Positions 17,336 through 27,100 of a DNA stretch of 62,731 nucleotides are shown here, piece by piece. Both the position numbers and the translations under genes were made by a program. The first letter of the stretch is position 1. Every line of letters starts with the position of its first letter. Source of the DNA: a virus (Duplodnaviria; Heunggongvirae; Uroviricota; Caudoviricetes); IMG/VR virus record IMGVR_UViG_3300037510_000569, positions 1 through 62,731 of that record. One strand, written 5' to 3'. Below the pieces are notes generated by a model. That model was not told where the DNA came from. It did no database searches and saw only the letters and a program-made list of their open reading frames with translations.

Positions 17336-19104
17336 TGGCGGGGCCGCTGACCAAGTTCGCCAAGCGCGAGGAGGTCGCAGCGCCCAAGCTCGACCCCCTG
17401 CAGGCGGTGCTGGAGATGTACCAACTGCAGCAGGCCGACGCCGCCAACCGCCGCACCCCCTTTCTGGACTGGGCGCTGCGGGTGCCCGAGCCCAAATCGG
17501 GCACGCTCGACTTCGACCGCTTCCCCTTCCAGCGCGAGCTCTACGCCGAGGGCGCCTACGAGAAGGAGATGGTCATCAAAAAGGCGACCCAGCTCGGCAT
17601 CTCCGCCTGGCTGACCCGCTGGGTCATGTACCACGCCGACATCGGCGCTCTGGTCGCGCTCTACGTCTTCCCCAAACTCGCCCAGATGTACGACTTCGCC
17701 GACGCCCGCGTGAAGCAGGCGATCCTGGGCTCGGAGTACCTGCGCGGCCGGGTGCCGCCGGCGCATGTCCAGAACAAGGGGCTGCGGCAGATCGGGCTGG
17801 GGATGGTCTACTTCCGCGGCTCGGAGGTCAAAACGGCCCTGGACTCGGTCGACGCCGACGTGCTCGCCCTCGACGAGTACGACACCCTCACCCAGGAGAA
17901 CATCCCCGACGCCGAACGCCGCATCTCCGGCTCCGACATCGCCCTGATCCGCCGCGTCGGGGTCCCCTCGACGCCCAACTGGGGGATCGACAAGCTCTAC
18001 AACGAATCCGACATGCGGCGCTGGATGGTCAAGTGCGAGTCCTGCCGCACCCAGCAGCACATCGAGTTCCCCGACAACGTGGACCTCGAGGCGGCGATCG
18101 TCATCTGCAAGAAGTGCCGCAAGCCGCTGGATGTGCGCAAGGGCGAGTGGGTCGCCGAGCACCCCGACCGCGACATCCGCGGCTACCACATCCCGCGCTT
18201 GGTCAAACCCAACACCAACGTCGCGGAAATCGTCAAGGCCTCGAAGAAGACCAACCCGACCGAACGCAAGACCCACCACAACAAGGACCTGGGTCTGGCC
18301 TATGCCGACGAGGAGGGCCGCCTCTCCGACGAGGCGATCGCCGCTGCGTGCCGCGCCTACGCGATGGCTCCTCGCGACGGTGGCTACCGCGGTCCCAACC
18401 TCGTGACGATGGGCGTCGATGTCGCCTCCACGAGGGCACTGAATGTGCGCATCTCCGAGCACTTCGGCGAGCGCAAGCGGGCGCTGCTGATCGCGCGGGT
18501 GGACAACTTCAACGAGATCGAAAAACTGATCCGCCGCTTCAACGTGAAGATGTGCGTGATCGACCATGCGCCCGAGGAGCGCATGGCGCGCAAAGTGGCC
18601 GAGAAGTTCCCCGGCCGCGTCTACCTCTGCGCCTACGCCCAGAACCAGGGGCAAATCTTCGCCGTCAAGGAGGAGCTGCGCCTCATCACCGTGCGCCGGG
18701 TCGAGGCGATCGACGCGACCTACGATCTGATCCGCCGCCAGCTCAACGAGCTCCCCGGCGGCCGCGGCGGCGATCCCGAAGCTCTGCCGGAGGGCTACAA
18801 GGAGGAGCTTCAGGGCGAGGTGCGCGAGGCCGAGACCGACGAGTTCGGCCGCACCACGGTCCACTACCGCAAAACCGGCGCCAACGACTACACCCACGCC
18901 GAGGTCTACGACGTGGTGGCGACCGAGGCCTGGCACTACCGCCAGGGCGTCGAGTCGGAGCTGAGCGAGGACACGCAGCCGCTCGACGACATGATCGAGT
19001 TCGAACGAGCCAAGCTCGACCCGATCGGCAGCCCCGCTTCACCGAGCGAATACGACCCCGGATTTGAAGGGAGCAACGAGTATGAACCCGGCTTCGAAGA
19101 CTAG
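17335..19104 (+). CDS. terL: terminase large subunit, lambda GpA-like
   Basis: VIKKATQLGISAW Walker A region, LALDEYD Walker B, CESC/CKKC Zn finger, MGVDV nuclease motif. Confidence 0.9.
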   Translation: MAGPLTKFAKREEVAAPKLDPLQAVLEMYQLQQADAANRRTPFLDWALRVPEPKSGTLDFDRFPFQRELYAEGAYEKEMVIKKATQLGISAWLTRWVMYHADIGALVALYVFPKLAQMYDFADARVKQAILGSEYLRGRVPPAHVQNKGLRQIGLGMVYFRGSEVKTALDSVDADVLALDEYDTLTQENIPDAERRISGSDIALIRRVGVPSTPNWGIDKLYNESDMRRWMVKCESCRTQQHIEFPDNVDLEAAIVICKKCRKPLDVRKGEWVAEHPDRDIRGYHIPRLVKPNTNVAEIVKASKKTNPTERKTHHNKDLGLAYADEEGRLSDEAIAAACRAYAMAPRDGGYRGPNLVTMGVDVASTRALNVRISEHFGERKRALLIARVDNFNEIEKLIRRFNVKMCVIDHAPEERMARKVAEKFPGRVYLCAYAQNQGQIFAVKEELRLITVRRVEAIDATYDLIRRQLNELPGGRGGDPEALPEGYKEELQGEVREAETDEFGRTTVHYRKTGANDYTHAEVYDVVATEAWHYRQGVESELSEDTQPLDDMIEFERAKLDPIGSPASPSEYDPGFEGSNEYEPGFED

Positions 19105-19149
19105 GTCTGCTGCGATGCGTCGGAAGCGCGCTCTACGCTTCCGCCTCAA

Positions 19150-19856
19150 GTGGCCGCAGCGTCTCAACTTTGCGTCGCCTGCCCGGCGGCTGAGCCGATC
19201 GGTGATGCCGGCAACGGCCCAGCCGTCCGTTGTCGAGTCGAGCACTCCGTCATCACCGCGGCAGAGAACCCCAATTCACTCGTCGCCTTCTGTCTCGGCG
19301 AGTACACCCAGTGCCCCACCTGGCGCGCGGAGAAGGAGCGAGGGTGGGCGCGCAAACGAGAGCTGGTCAGCGAGCGTGAAAAGGTCTGATGCCTCCAGCC
19401 AGGTCAAACCCGAGGCGGGCGACTATCTGCAGAACGGCAAGCGGCTGGTGATGGTCTTGTCCTACACAAAGACGGGCGCATTTCGGGTCGAAGACGCCCA
19501 GACCTACAAGGTGGACACGCTGAGTTCGCTCGAGGGCTGGAAGCCGGTGGAGCGGCGACATGGCTAGCGAGGACCAGCGCACTCAGGCGGCCGAAGTACG
19601 CAAAGTCCTGAAGAACGCCTGGGAACGCGGGGAAAAGAGCGGCGAAGAGCGCGGCTATGAAGCCGGGCTGAAGTACGCCATGCGCCAGGCGCTGCTCAAG
19701 ACCCACGCCGAGGCACTGGAGGCCGCGGCGAAACGAGTCGATGACGAGCCGGCGACCACTGGCTTCAAGGAGGCCGCCAGCATCCTGCGCGACCTCGCCG
19801 CTCAGGGACCTCCAGAGGAACCGGAAAGCAAGGTCATCGAGCGGAAAGCGGGCTAA
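19150..19856 (+). other. three small hypothetical CDSs
   Basis: 19150-19389 (Cys-rich), 19376-19567, 19560-19856. Confidence 0.55.
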
Positions 19857-21872
19857 GTGGCCGAGCGCCCCTTCATCCGCCGACTCCGCGAGGCAGCGGA
19901 AGACCGCACCGGCCTCACCGTCCGCAAAGGCGAGGAGGTTCAATTGCTCGAGGCCTCCTACGAAGAGCGCCGCGCCCTGCAGCGCGAGCTGGACCTGCTC
20001 GCCTACACCGCCCTGGACTACTTCGGCGGCAACGAGCAGGACCTCCAAGCCGTCGAGCGCCGCAAACTCGCGCAGCGATCGCGCGTCGCCTGGCAGAAAG
20101 ACGCTCAGGCCGGCGGCGCCGTCGATCTGCTCAACGACTTCACCTTTGGCCGCGGCGTGCCGAAGCCCAAATGCGCAGACCCTCTGGTCCAGGAGGTGGT
20201 CGACGAAGCCTGGGACGACCCCGACAACCAGCTGATCCTCACCTCCTACGCAGCGCAGATGTCTCTGGGCGTGGACCTCTCGACCCAGTCCAACATCTTC
20301 TTCCTGATGTTCGACGAGGGCAAGGACGGCAAGGTCAAGGTCGGCCTGCTCGAACACGACTCCGTCGAGAACGTCGTGCGCGACGAGGACTTCCGCCAGC
20401 GCATCCTCTGGTACGTCGCCCGCCGCAAGATCGTCAAGTGGGACTTCGACAACGACCAGGCCAAAGTCCAGCTGGAGCGCGACCGCGACGTGATCGAAAA
20501 CCGCCCGGTCCGCTACTACGCGCACTGGCAGAACGTCGAGGTGGCCGAAGAAGAGCGCAAGCTGGAGAAGCCGCCCAAGGACAAGGAGGGCAAAGGCAAG
20601 GTCTTCCACCTCTACGTCAACAAGACGAGCGAGGCGGCCTTCGGGCACCCGATCATGGACCGGACGCTGCGCTGGTTTAGCGCCTACAACAACTTCATGG
20701 AGGCGCGCGTGGACATGGCGCGCGCCGCCGCGGCGCTGATCATGAAGCGCAAAGTCCAGGGCACCAAAAACCAGGTGGAGCGGATGGCGATGCAGGCGCT
20801 ATCGCGCCGCTCGGTGCTCGGCGCAGCTGTGGAAACCGCCGACATGGTAGGCCCGAGGGCGGCCTCGGCGATGACCGAGAACATGGAGGTCACGCACGAA
20901 CCGCTGAAGCTCGACTCCGGCGCTGCGAACGCGGAGACCGACGGGCAGATGATCCGCTCCCAGATCAGCGCCGCCACCCACTTCCCGCAGCACTACCTCG
21001 GCGACGCGGGCTCAGCCAACCTGGCCACGGCGACGAGCATGGAGCTCCCCGTCCTCAAGCACGTCGAGGGCCGCCAGGAGGTCTTCGAGGGCGTCTTCCG
21101 CTGGTTCGTCGACCGCGTGATCGAGCGCGCTGTCGAGGCGGGCACGATCCCGAAAGAGCTCACCGAAGAGGAGAAGGCAGAACGGGCCGAAGAGGAGGAA
21201 GCCAAAGAAGCCAACCGCGAAGGTCAGGTTCCCCCGCCACCGCAGGAAGCGCCGCCGACCCAGCTCCAGGCCGCCCACGCGGAGGCCACCGAGGACGAAG
21301 AGGACACCGAGCGCGACCTCTCCTACGAGTTCTCGATGCCGAGCCCGCTGCGCCGGATGTTGAACGATCTGGTCGGCGCCGTCGAATCCATCGCCAAGAC
21401 CTTCGACCCCAACGGCACCAACGTCGAGCTCTCCCGCATCCTGCTCAGCGTCGCGCTCGGTGAGGCCCTGGAGGTGGAGGACCCCGGTGCGGTCGTCGAA
21501 AGGGTCTTCCCGCCGGGCTACGAGGACCCCGTGCTCGCCCAGGCGATGCAGGCCAAACAGCAGGAACAGATGGGCGAAGGCGAAGAAGGCGAAGAAGAAA
21601 ACCCCTACGGCGGTCGGATGAAATCCCAGACCCCCGAGGAAGCTGCGAAAGCGCCCTACGGTGCGCAGGAGGGGCGGGTCACTCCGCTCGGCCGAGACGG
21701 CCACCCGATCCGCGAGGCTGCCTTCACCCAACTGCCCGCCGACGACCGCGCGCGCAGCGAGGAGCGCACCGACGAGCTCAGCGAGAAGTTCGACGAGACC
21801 GTGATCGCCACCGCCGAGCGCGCCCTCGAGCTAGCCCTGGGCGCCCACCAGAACGGTGCCAGCAGTGGCTGA
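19857..21872 (+). CDS. portal protein
   Basis: 671 aa after TerL; NDFTFGRG, NKTS..FG, SAATHFPQHYLGD..NLATATSME, acidic tail. Confidence 0.8.
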   Translation: MAERPFIRRLREAAEDRTGLTVRKGEEVQLLEASYEERRALQRELDLLAYTALDYFGGNEQDLQAVERRKLAQRSRVAWQKDAQAGGAVDLLNDFTFGRGVPKPKCADPLVQEVVDEAWDDPDNQLILTSYAAQMSLGVDLSTQSNIFFLMFDEGKDGKVKVGLLEHDSVENVVRDEDFRQRILWYVARRKIVKWDFDNDQAKVQLERDRDVIENRPVRYYAHWQNVEVAEEERKLEKPPKDKEGKGKVFHLYVNKTSEAAFGHPIMDRTLRWFSAYNNFMEARVDMARAAAALIMKRKVQGTKNQVERMAMQALSRRSVLGAAVETADMVGPRAASAMTENMEVTHEPLKLDSGAANAETDGQMIRSQISAATHFPQHYLGDAGSANLATATSMELPVLKHVEGRQEVFEGVFRWFVDRVIERAVEAGTIPKELTEEEKAERAEEEEAKEANREGQVPPPPQEAPPTQLQAAHAEATEDEEDTERDLSYEFSMPSPLRRMLNDLVGAVESIAKTFDPNGTNVELSRILLSVALGEALEVEDPGAVVERVFPPGYEDPVLAQAMQAKQQEQMGEGEEGEEENPYGGRMKSQTPEEAAKAPYGAQEGRVTPLGRDGHPIREAAFTQLPADDRARSEERTDELSEKFDETVIATAERALELALGAHQNGASSG

Positions 21873-22197
21873 TGCCTGCCGAGTCGAGAGCAGCGCGCCC
21901 CGCTACCCAGTGGAGGAGGGCGAGCTGGCGCGAGTCAGCGGCGTCTTCACCGACCTGGAGAGCGGGGAGGCGATCGACCCCGACGTGGTCCGCTTCTTGC
22001 ACCGCCGCGGCGAAGGCGACACCGCGACGCTGACCTATGGCGATGACGCAGAGGTGGTCCGCGAGGAAGCGGGCGTCTACCACGTCGATGTGCCGACCGA
22101 GGACGAGGGCGTGCTGCGCTGGCGCTGGGAGAGCGCCGGCGACTTCATCGGTGTCTCCGAGGGCCAGGTCACGGTGCTCGCCAGCGGCGTGCTGTGA
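21856..22197 (+). CDS. small beta-sandwich virion-associated protein
   Basis: GVYHVDV..GVLRWRWES pattern; in the head module; start uncertain. Confidence 0.55.
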   Translation: MPAVADACRVESSAPRYPVEEGELARVSGVFTDLESGEAIDPDVVRFLHRRGEGDTATLTYGDDAEVVREEAGVYHVDVPTEDEGVLRWRWESAGDFIGVSEGQVTVLASGVL

Positions 22198-22370
22198 AGC
22201 GAAGCGAACACCGCACGGTCTGGATCTTCCGAGACGACGGGCACTGGTATGAGGTCGGCGTCCCCTACAGCGACGAGTTCGCTGCCGCACTGGGCCGCTG
22301 TCAGCCAAAAGCCTGGCAGGTCGCGCTGAACGCGATCGAGAAGCTGATCGCGGCAGTCGATCAGAGCTAG
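22194..22370 (+). CDS. hypothetical protein
   Basis: GTGA-coupled 58-aa ORF. Confidence 0.5.
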   Translation: MKRSEHRTVWIFRDDGHWYEVGVPYSDEFAAALGRCQPKAWQVALNAIEKLIAAVDQS

Positions 22371-22409
22371 GCGACGGGGCGACGGGCCAAAGCCCGCCGC
22401 CCGTCTCGC
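22371..22409. terminator. bidirectional hairpin
   Basis: GACGGG..CGGGC/GCCCG..CCGTC between convergent ORFs. Confidence 0.55.
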
Positions 22410-22648
22410 TACTCGAGAGGTAGAGCCGCGATGCCGACGCCTACTGCCGCGATGTCCGCCGCCAGAATCTCGGCGAGAGTCACCAGGATCAACACGATCG
22501 CCACGGTGTAGCGGAGGGTGATGATCCGCCTGGAGCGTCGCGCTTCGCGGCGATGCTTGAGGCAGGTTTCTTCTCGCCGACGAGCGATCTCTGTCGGTGA
22601 ACGTGGCTGGGCCTGTGGCTCGGCGAGGCTCATCGTCGTCGTCGCCAT
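22409..22648 (-). CDS. small membrane protein
   Basis: C-terminal TM helices; CCGACCAAGG and TGaTAACTT upstream. Confidence 0.6.
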   Translation of the reverse strand: MATTTMSLAEPQAQPRSPTEIARRREETCLKHRREARRSRRIITLRYTVAIVLILVTLAEILAADIAAVGVGIAALPLE

Positions 22649-22729
22649 AAGCTCCCTTCCCTTGGTCGGTTTCGTCGCCAACAAAGTTATCAGCTACGCG
22701 GTAAGCTGTGGACCCCGACCAAGGAGGAA

Positions 22730-23410
22730 GTGATCGTGGATTACCGCGAGGCAGTTAAAGCACACGAGCGCGCCCAGCAGCGGGAGAAGAGGCTCCGTGA
22801 ATCGCTCCAGGAGTTGACCGACACTGGCATCGCTGCTGTCCTGCTCTGGATCAGCTACTTCTTCATCAAGCGCGGGATCATCAAGCGCGGCGGGCCAGAG
22901 TGGGCGGCCTACGGCATCGCGCGGCTGGCGATGGCGATCTACTCCCAGCCGACCAAAGAAGCGGCGACGAAGTTGCGCGAACAGATCGAAAAGGACCAGG
23001 GTTGGGTCGAGCCCGCTCACGCCGCCAGGGGCCGAGCCCAAAGCCGAGGCCAAACCATGAGCGACGGCTTCAGCTTCACCTTCGAAGGCAAGCCCGCAGC
23101 GACCGTCTTCGAGCTGACCGAACGGATCAGCGAAATAGCGAAGGCAGGGGACAAGGAGAAGGCGGCTCGCTTTCTGGACGAGTACACCGCGGTCCTGGCC
23201 CAGCACGCCAAGGAAGAGAAAGTGCGCAACGCGCCGCGGGCGGTCGCCCAATCCAACGTCGGCTACCTGAGTGGCTACTTGGACCCCGAGACGATGGGTA
23301 AGGCACTGGAGGTCTTCGATGTCTCCCACCCGGTCTTCGGCCAGTCGGTGCCGACGCCGACCGAGGCGATGGCCGCCGGAGAGCGAGATGGGGCTGAGGC
23401 TGAGAGATGA
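22730..23410 (+). CDS. hypothetical protein (possibly two fused units; internal Met near 23057)
   Basis: CCGACCAAGGAGG at 22715. Confidence 0.6.
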   Translation: MIVDYREAVKAHERAQQREKRLRESLQELTDTGIAAVLLWISYFFIKRGIIKRGGPEWAAYGIARLAMAIYSQPTKEAATKLREQIEKDQGWVEPAHAARGRAQSRGQTMSDGFSFTFEGKPAATVFELTERISEIAKAGDKEKAARFLDEYTAVLAQHAKEEKVRNAPRAVAQSNVGYLSGYLDPETMGKALEVFDVSHPVFGQSVPTPTEAMAAGERDGAEAER

Positions 23411-23712
23411 GCCAACCAACGGAGACCAAACCCGCCCTCTGTCCAGATTGCAGACGCAGACTCAAGCTTGTTCGGCGCGTCCCCGAGGACGTGGAGTTCG
23501 AAGGCTATAAGCCAGGCGATGTAGTCGAGTCGCGCGGCGTGCTTCGCTCTGTGGACATGGGAGCTGTCCTGCTCTGGGTCGAACAGGGCGACCGCTTCGA
23601 AGACGCCAGTGGTCCTGGTCCCGATGGAGGAGCGCTCGGCGAGGTTGAGTGCGAGGAGCACGGCGAGCTAAGCGTCGATGCGCTATGCGCGCACTACGAG
23701 GCGAAGCTGTAA
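23407..23712 (+). CDS. Zn-ribbon hypothetical protein
   Basis: CPDC...CEEH. Confidence 0.55.
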   Translation: MSQPTETKPALCPDCRRRLKLVRRVPEDVEFEGYKPGDVVESRGVLRSVDMGAVLLWVEQGDRFEDASGPGPDGGALGEVECEEHGELSVDALCAHYEAKL

Positions 23713-23826
23713 CCCGCAGGAACCCGCTCGGGCCGATCTTCCTCTTGTCGGGCATCTTCGGCCTGATGATCGGCGTCTGGCTGGTCGGCGGCGTCTTTGT
23801 GATCTTGGGCGCCGCCGCCGTCGTTC

Positions 23827-24093
23827 TCAACGGACGCTAGGGCGCACTCCGCCGACGTAGCCTTCGCTCGCCATGATCCGCTCGCACTCCGGGCAGATCG
23901 GGCGACCGCAATCCGGGCAGGCTTCCTGGCCGTTGTAGGGCGAGCAACCCGGCGCGGGGAGGCAGTCATACGGCGCTCCGCAGACCGTCTTGTCGGAGTG
24001 CTCCATCACTTCCAGGATGTGGCAAACGTCGTCCTCGTCTAGGACAGGGACGGTCGTCTCAGCGACTTGCGGCGGATCGAGGACGGTCGGGAT
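23827..24093 (-). CDS. Cys-rich Zn-binding protein (start uncertain)
   Basis: CHI..VCG..CPDCGRPICPEC; minus-strand TATCCT box just upstream. Confidence 0.45.
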   Translation of the reverse strand: MPTVLDPPQVAETTVPVLDEDDVCHILEVMEHSDKTVCGAPYDCLPAPGCSPYNGQEACPDCGRPICPECERIMASEGYVGGVRPSVR

Positions 24094-24133
24094 TGCCTCA
24101 GGATAGCCGCGAGCCGACCTATCATCGCCTTCG

Positions 24134-27100
24134 ATGCCGAGGGAAAAGCCCGAGGAACAGCGACCCGGCACCAGCGGCGTCGCAGCCGGTACTGCGGCGG
24201 CGGGCACCGCGACCGCGGGCACCGCCGCCCCGGCTCCAGTCACCGCCGGAGTCGGGGCGGTCGGCATCGCCCAGACCACCGCGGCGGTTCTCGCGGCACT
24301 GCGCGCGTTCTGGGGCGGGGAGGACGACTTCATCTGGCTCTACCAGTCCCTCCTGCGCCGCCACCCCGAGCTACAGCCCGATGAGCTGAAGAAGCTAGCC
24401 GATCGAGAGTCCGCCTACGGGCAGGAGTTCCGCCGGCGCATGGCCCAGCGCATGGAGCGAGACGTTCCTCGAGCGCTGGCGACCGCCGAACCCAAACGCG
24501 CGCTGCGCAAAGTGCTCGAGCGCGAGAAGCGCTACACCCGTCAGCGGCAGCAGGCGATGCTGGCGAGGTCGATCTCCACCATCGAGCGCGACTCGATCAA
24601 GCGCATCTCACCGCTGGGCGCGTACTGGCGACTCAGCCCGTTCGTCAAGGAGCACACGATCGACTGCATCGCGATGGGCGGCAAGTTCTGGCCCTGGGAG
24701 GTGCTGGACGTCATCCATCCACCGCGGCACGCGGGCTGCCCGTGCGAGCTCTACGGCCTGGAGGAAGCGATCCAGCGCGGCTTCCTCCCCTTCGGCTTCA
24801 AGCCACCCCACCCAGCTGACGGGATCGAACTGGCGCGCGAACTGCAGGCGCGCTTCAAAGAGCTCCGCGAGGCGCTGCGCCCAGGTGAGGACCTGGCTGA
24901 GCTGATCGACGAGCTGGAGTCCATCCGCCTGCAGGAGGCACCGTGGGCCAAACGCTTCGCCAAGGGGACCGAGAAGGGCGGCGAGTTCATGCCGAGGCGC
25001 GGCGGCTTCAGCGCGCGGCTGCGGAGCGAGCTCGCCAAGAGCGTCGACGGCCTGCTCCGCGTCGGCTCCGGGCGAGGCCGGGCACGACCCCAACGCGCGC
25101 CGATCGAGCCCAAGCCACCTGGCGGCCACACGCCGGAGAGCTACAGGCGGGCCTGGGAGAAGTCCGAGAAGGTGGCCGAGAAGCTCCGCGCCATGCCCGG
25201 CGGCAAGGGACCCCGGAAGGCCGAGGGGCCGCCGGTCGCCGGCGAGGCGGGCAGCCCACCGAAGAACTTCGGGGAGTTCAGCGCGCGCGTCTCCAGCGGG
25301 GCGGCCAAAGCAGCCGAGGCCAACCACGCCAAACTCGTCTTCAAGGGCCTGGAGCACGACCCCGAGGAGCCCGACACCACCGCGCTGCGCTGGTGGGACG
25401 GCCACGCGGCGATTGGCGAGGACGCACCGGCTCACCTCGAGGGGGGCGCCGCGGCACAGGCGGGCGAGTCGGACCCCAAGGCGGCTTCAGGCGTCTGGCT
25501 GACCTACTCCCGAGGAGCGCACGAGTCCGTCGGGCACGGCGTCAACCCGATCACGTCGTCGGAGTACGCCACCCCCGAGGGCTACGCGCTGGAGGAGGCG
25601 CTGGCCGAGGAGATCGGCCGCGACGAAGCGAGGGCCTGGCTGGCCGAGGACGGGCACACCGACGCGATCGCCTGGGCCGACGCCAACCCCGACCACCCGC
25701 GCGCACTGGGGGCTTACTCGATCGAGCGGGCTCGCCTCGCCACCCTGCTCGACGCCGCGCTGGTCGCACCAGCTGATCGGCGCGATCTCCTGCGCACGAT
25801 GAGCCTGCGCCAGGGGCACCAGGCCCGGTTGAACACGCTCAGTGCGCTGCTCGCCAACGCCGCAGGCCTCGAGCCGAGCGCCGCAGCGGAGATGGTCCGC
25901 CAGCGACTCGCCGGCGAGCACGACTCCGAGCTGGGGCTCTACGACGGGGTCGGGGCCGAGGCGCATCTGCCGGTCTTCCAGCCCGCAGTTGACCTTCCGG
26001 ACGAGGGGGGGTCGAAAAGCAGCCCTGAGAAGCCTTCAGAAGGCGCGACAGGCGCTTCAGGAGGCGGATCGACCACGACCCCGCCGACTACCCTCGTGGA
26101 TGTCAGCGGGCCGCGTGGCTTCGACGCCCGCCACTACAGCGACCCGCGGCGATCGCTCCTCGCCAAGATGCGCGCGCTCCCCGAGGGGAAGACGATCGAG
26201 ATGGCCGACGGCACCAAGGTCAAACGGGGGCCGAAAGGCTCCTTCAGGGTCACGCCACCAGGTGGAGAGCAGGGGAAGCTCTACTCGACACCGCAGCGGG
26301 CGGTAAACGCCGAGACCGCGGGCATCCTCGAACGCCACGGCGTCGGAGGGGCCAAATTGAAGGCCGCCAGGGGCTTCGCGGGGGCCAAAAAGGACGCTCA
26401 GCGCGCCCCGGCCGAGGGTGACAAAGAGGTGCGTGACGGAAATCCGCAATTTGCGGGGGCTGCAGGCGTGAAGACAGGCCCGAAAGAGGAGGTGCCGAGG
26501 CCCGAGAACCCCGGTATTCCGACCTACAAAGAGGCCGATTTGCACCTCCACGACTTCAAGGCCGCCGGCGGGTCCAACGGAGCCCAGTTTGCGACCGATG
26601 CAGCAGGGTCGAAGTGGCTGGTCAAGGCCTACCGCGGCAACACGGATCGCGTGGCGACCGAGCTGCTCGCCAACGCCGTCTACCGCGAGCTGGGGATCGA
26701 GGTGCCCGAGGCCGGCAAGCTCGGCAGCGGGCCGGACTTCTCGGCGATCGCCGACGAGCCCCTGGACGAGCCACCTCTGCCCGATCTGCCGCCGCTGCCG
26801 CTGAGCGCGGGCGACAACACCGCCGAGGGCGAGCTAACGAAAGGTAAGTTCGACGCCGCGATCAGCGCCCTGAAGGGCAAGGGGAAGGACAAGGGCAAGA
26901 CACCGCGCAAAGAGCAGTCCACGGGCCTGCTGGTCCTCGAGGACGACGGCTCGGTCTGGCTGTTCGAGCCCAAAGGCGGCTTCGGCGGCTACCAGAACAC
27001 CTTCAGCAAGGGCCGCCTGGAGAAGGGCCTGAGCCCGCAGCAGAACGCCCGCAAGGAGCTCTGGGAGGAGCTGGGGATGCGGGCCAACCCCGTCGCCTAC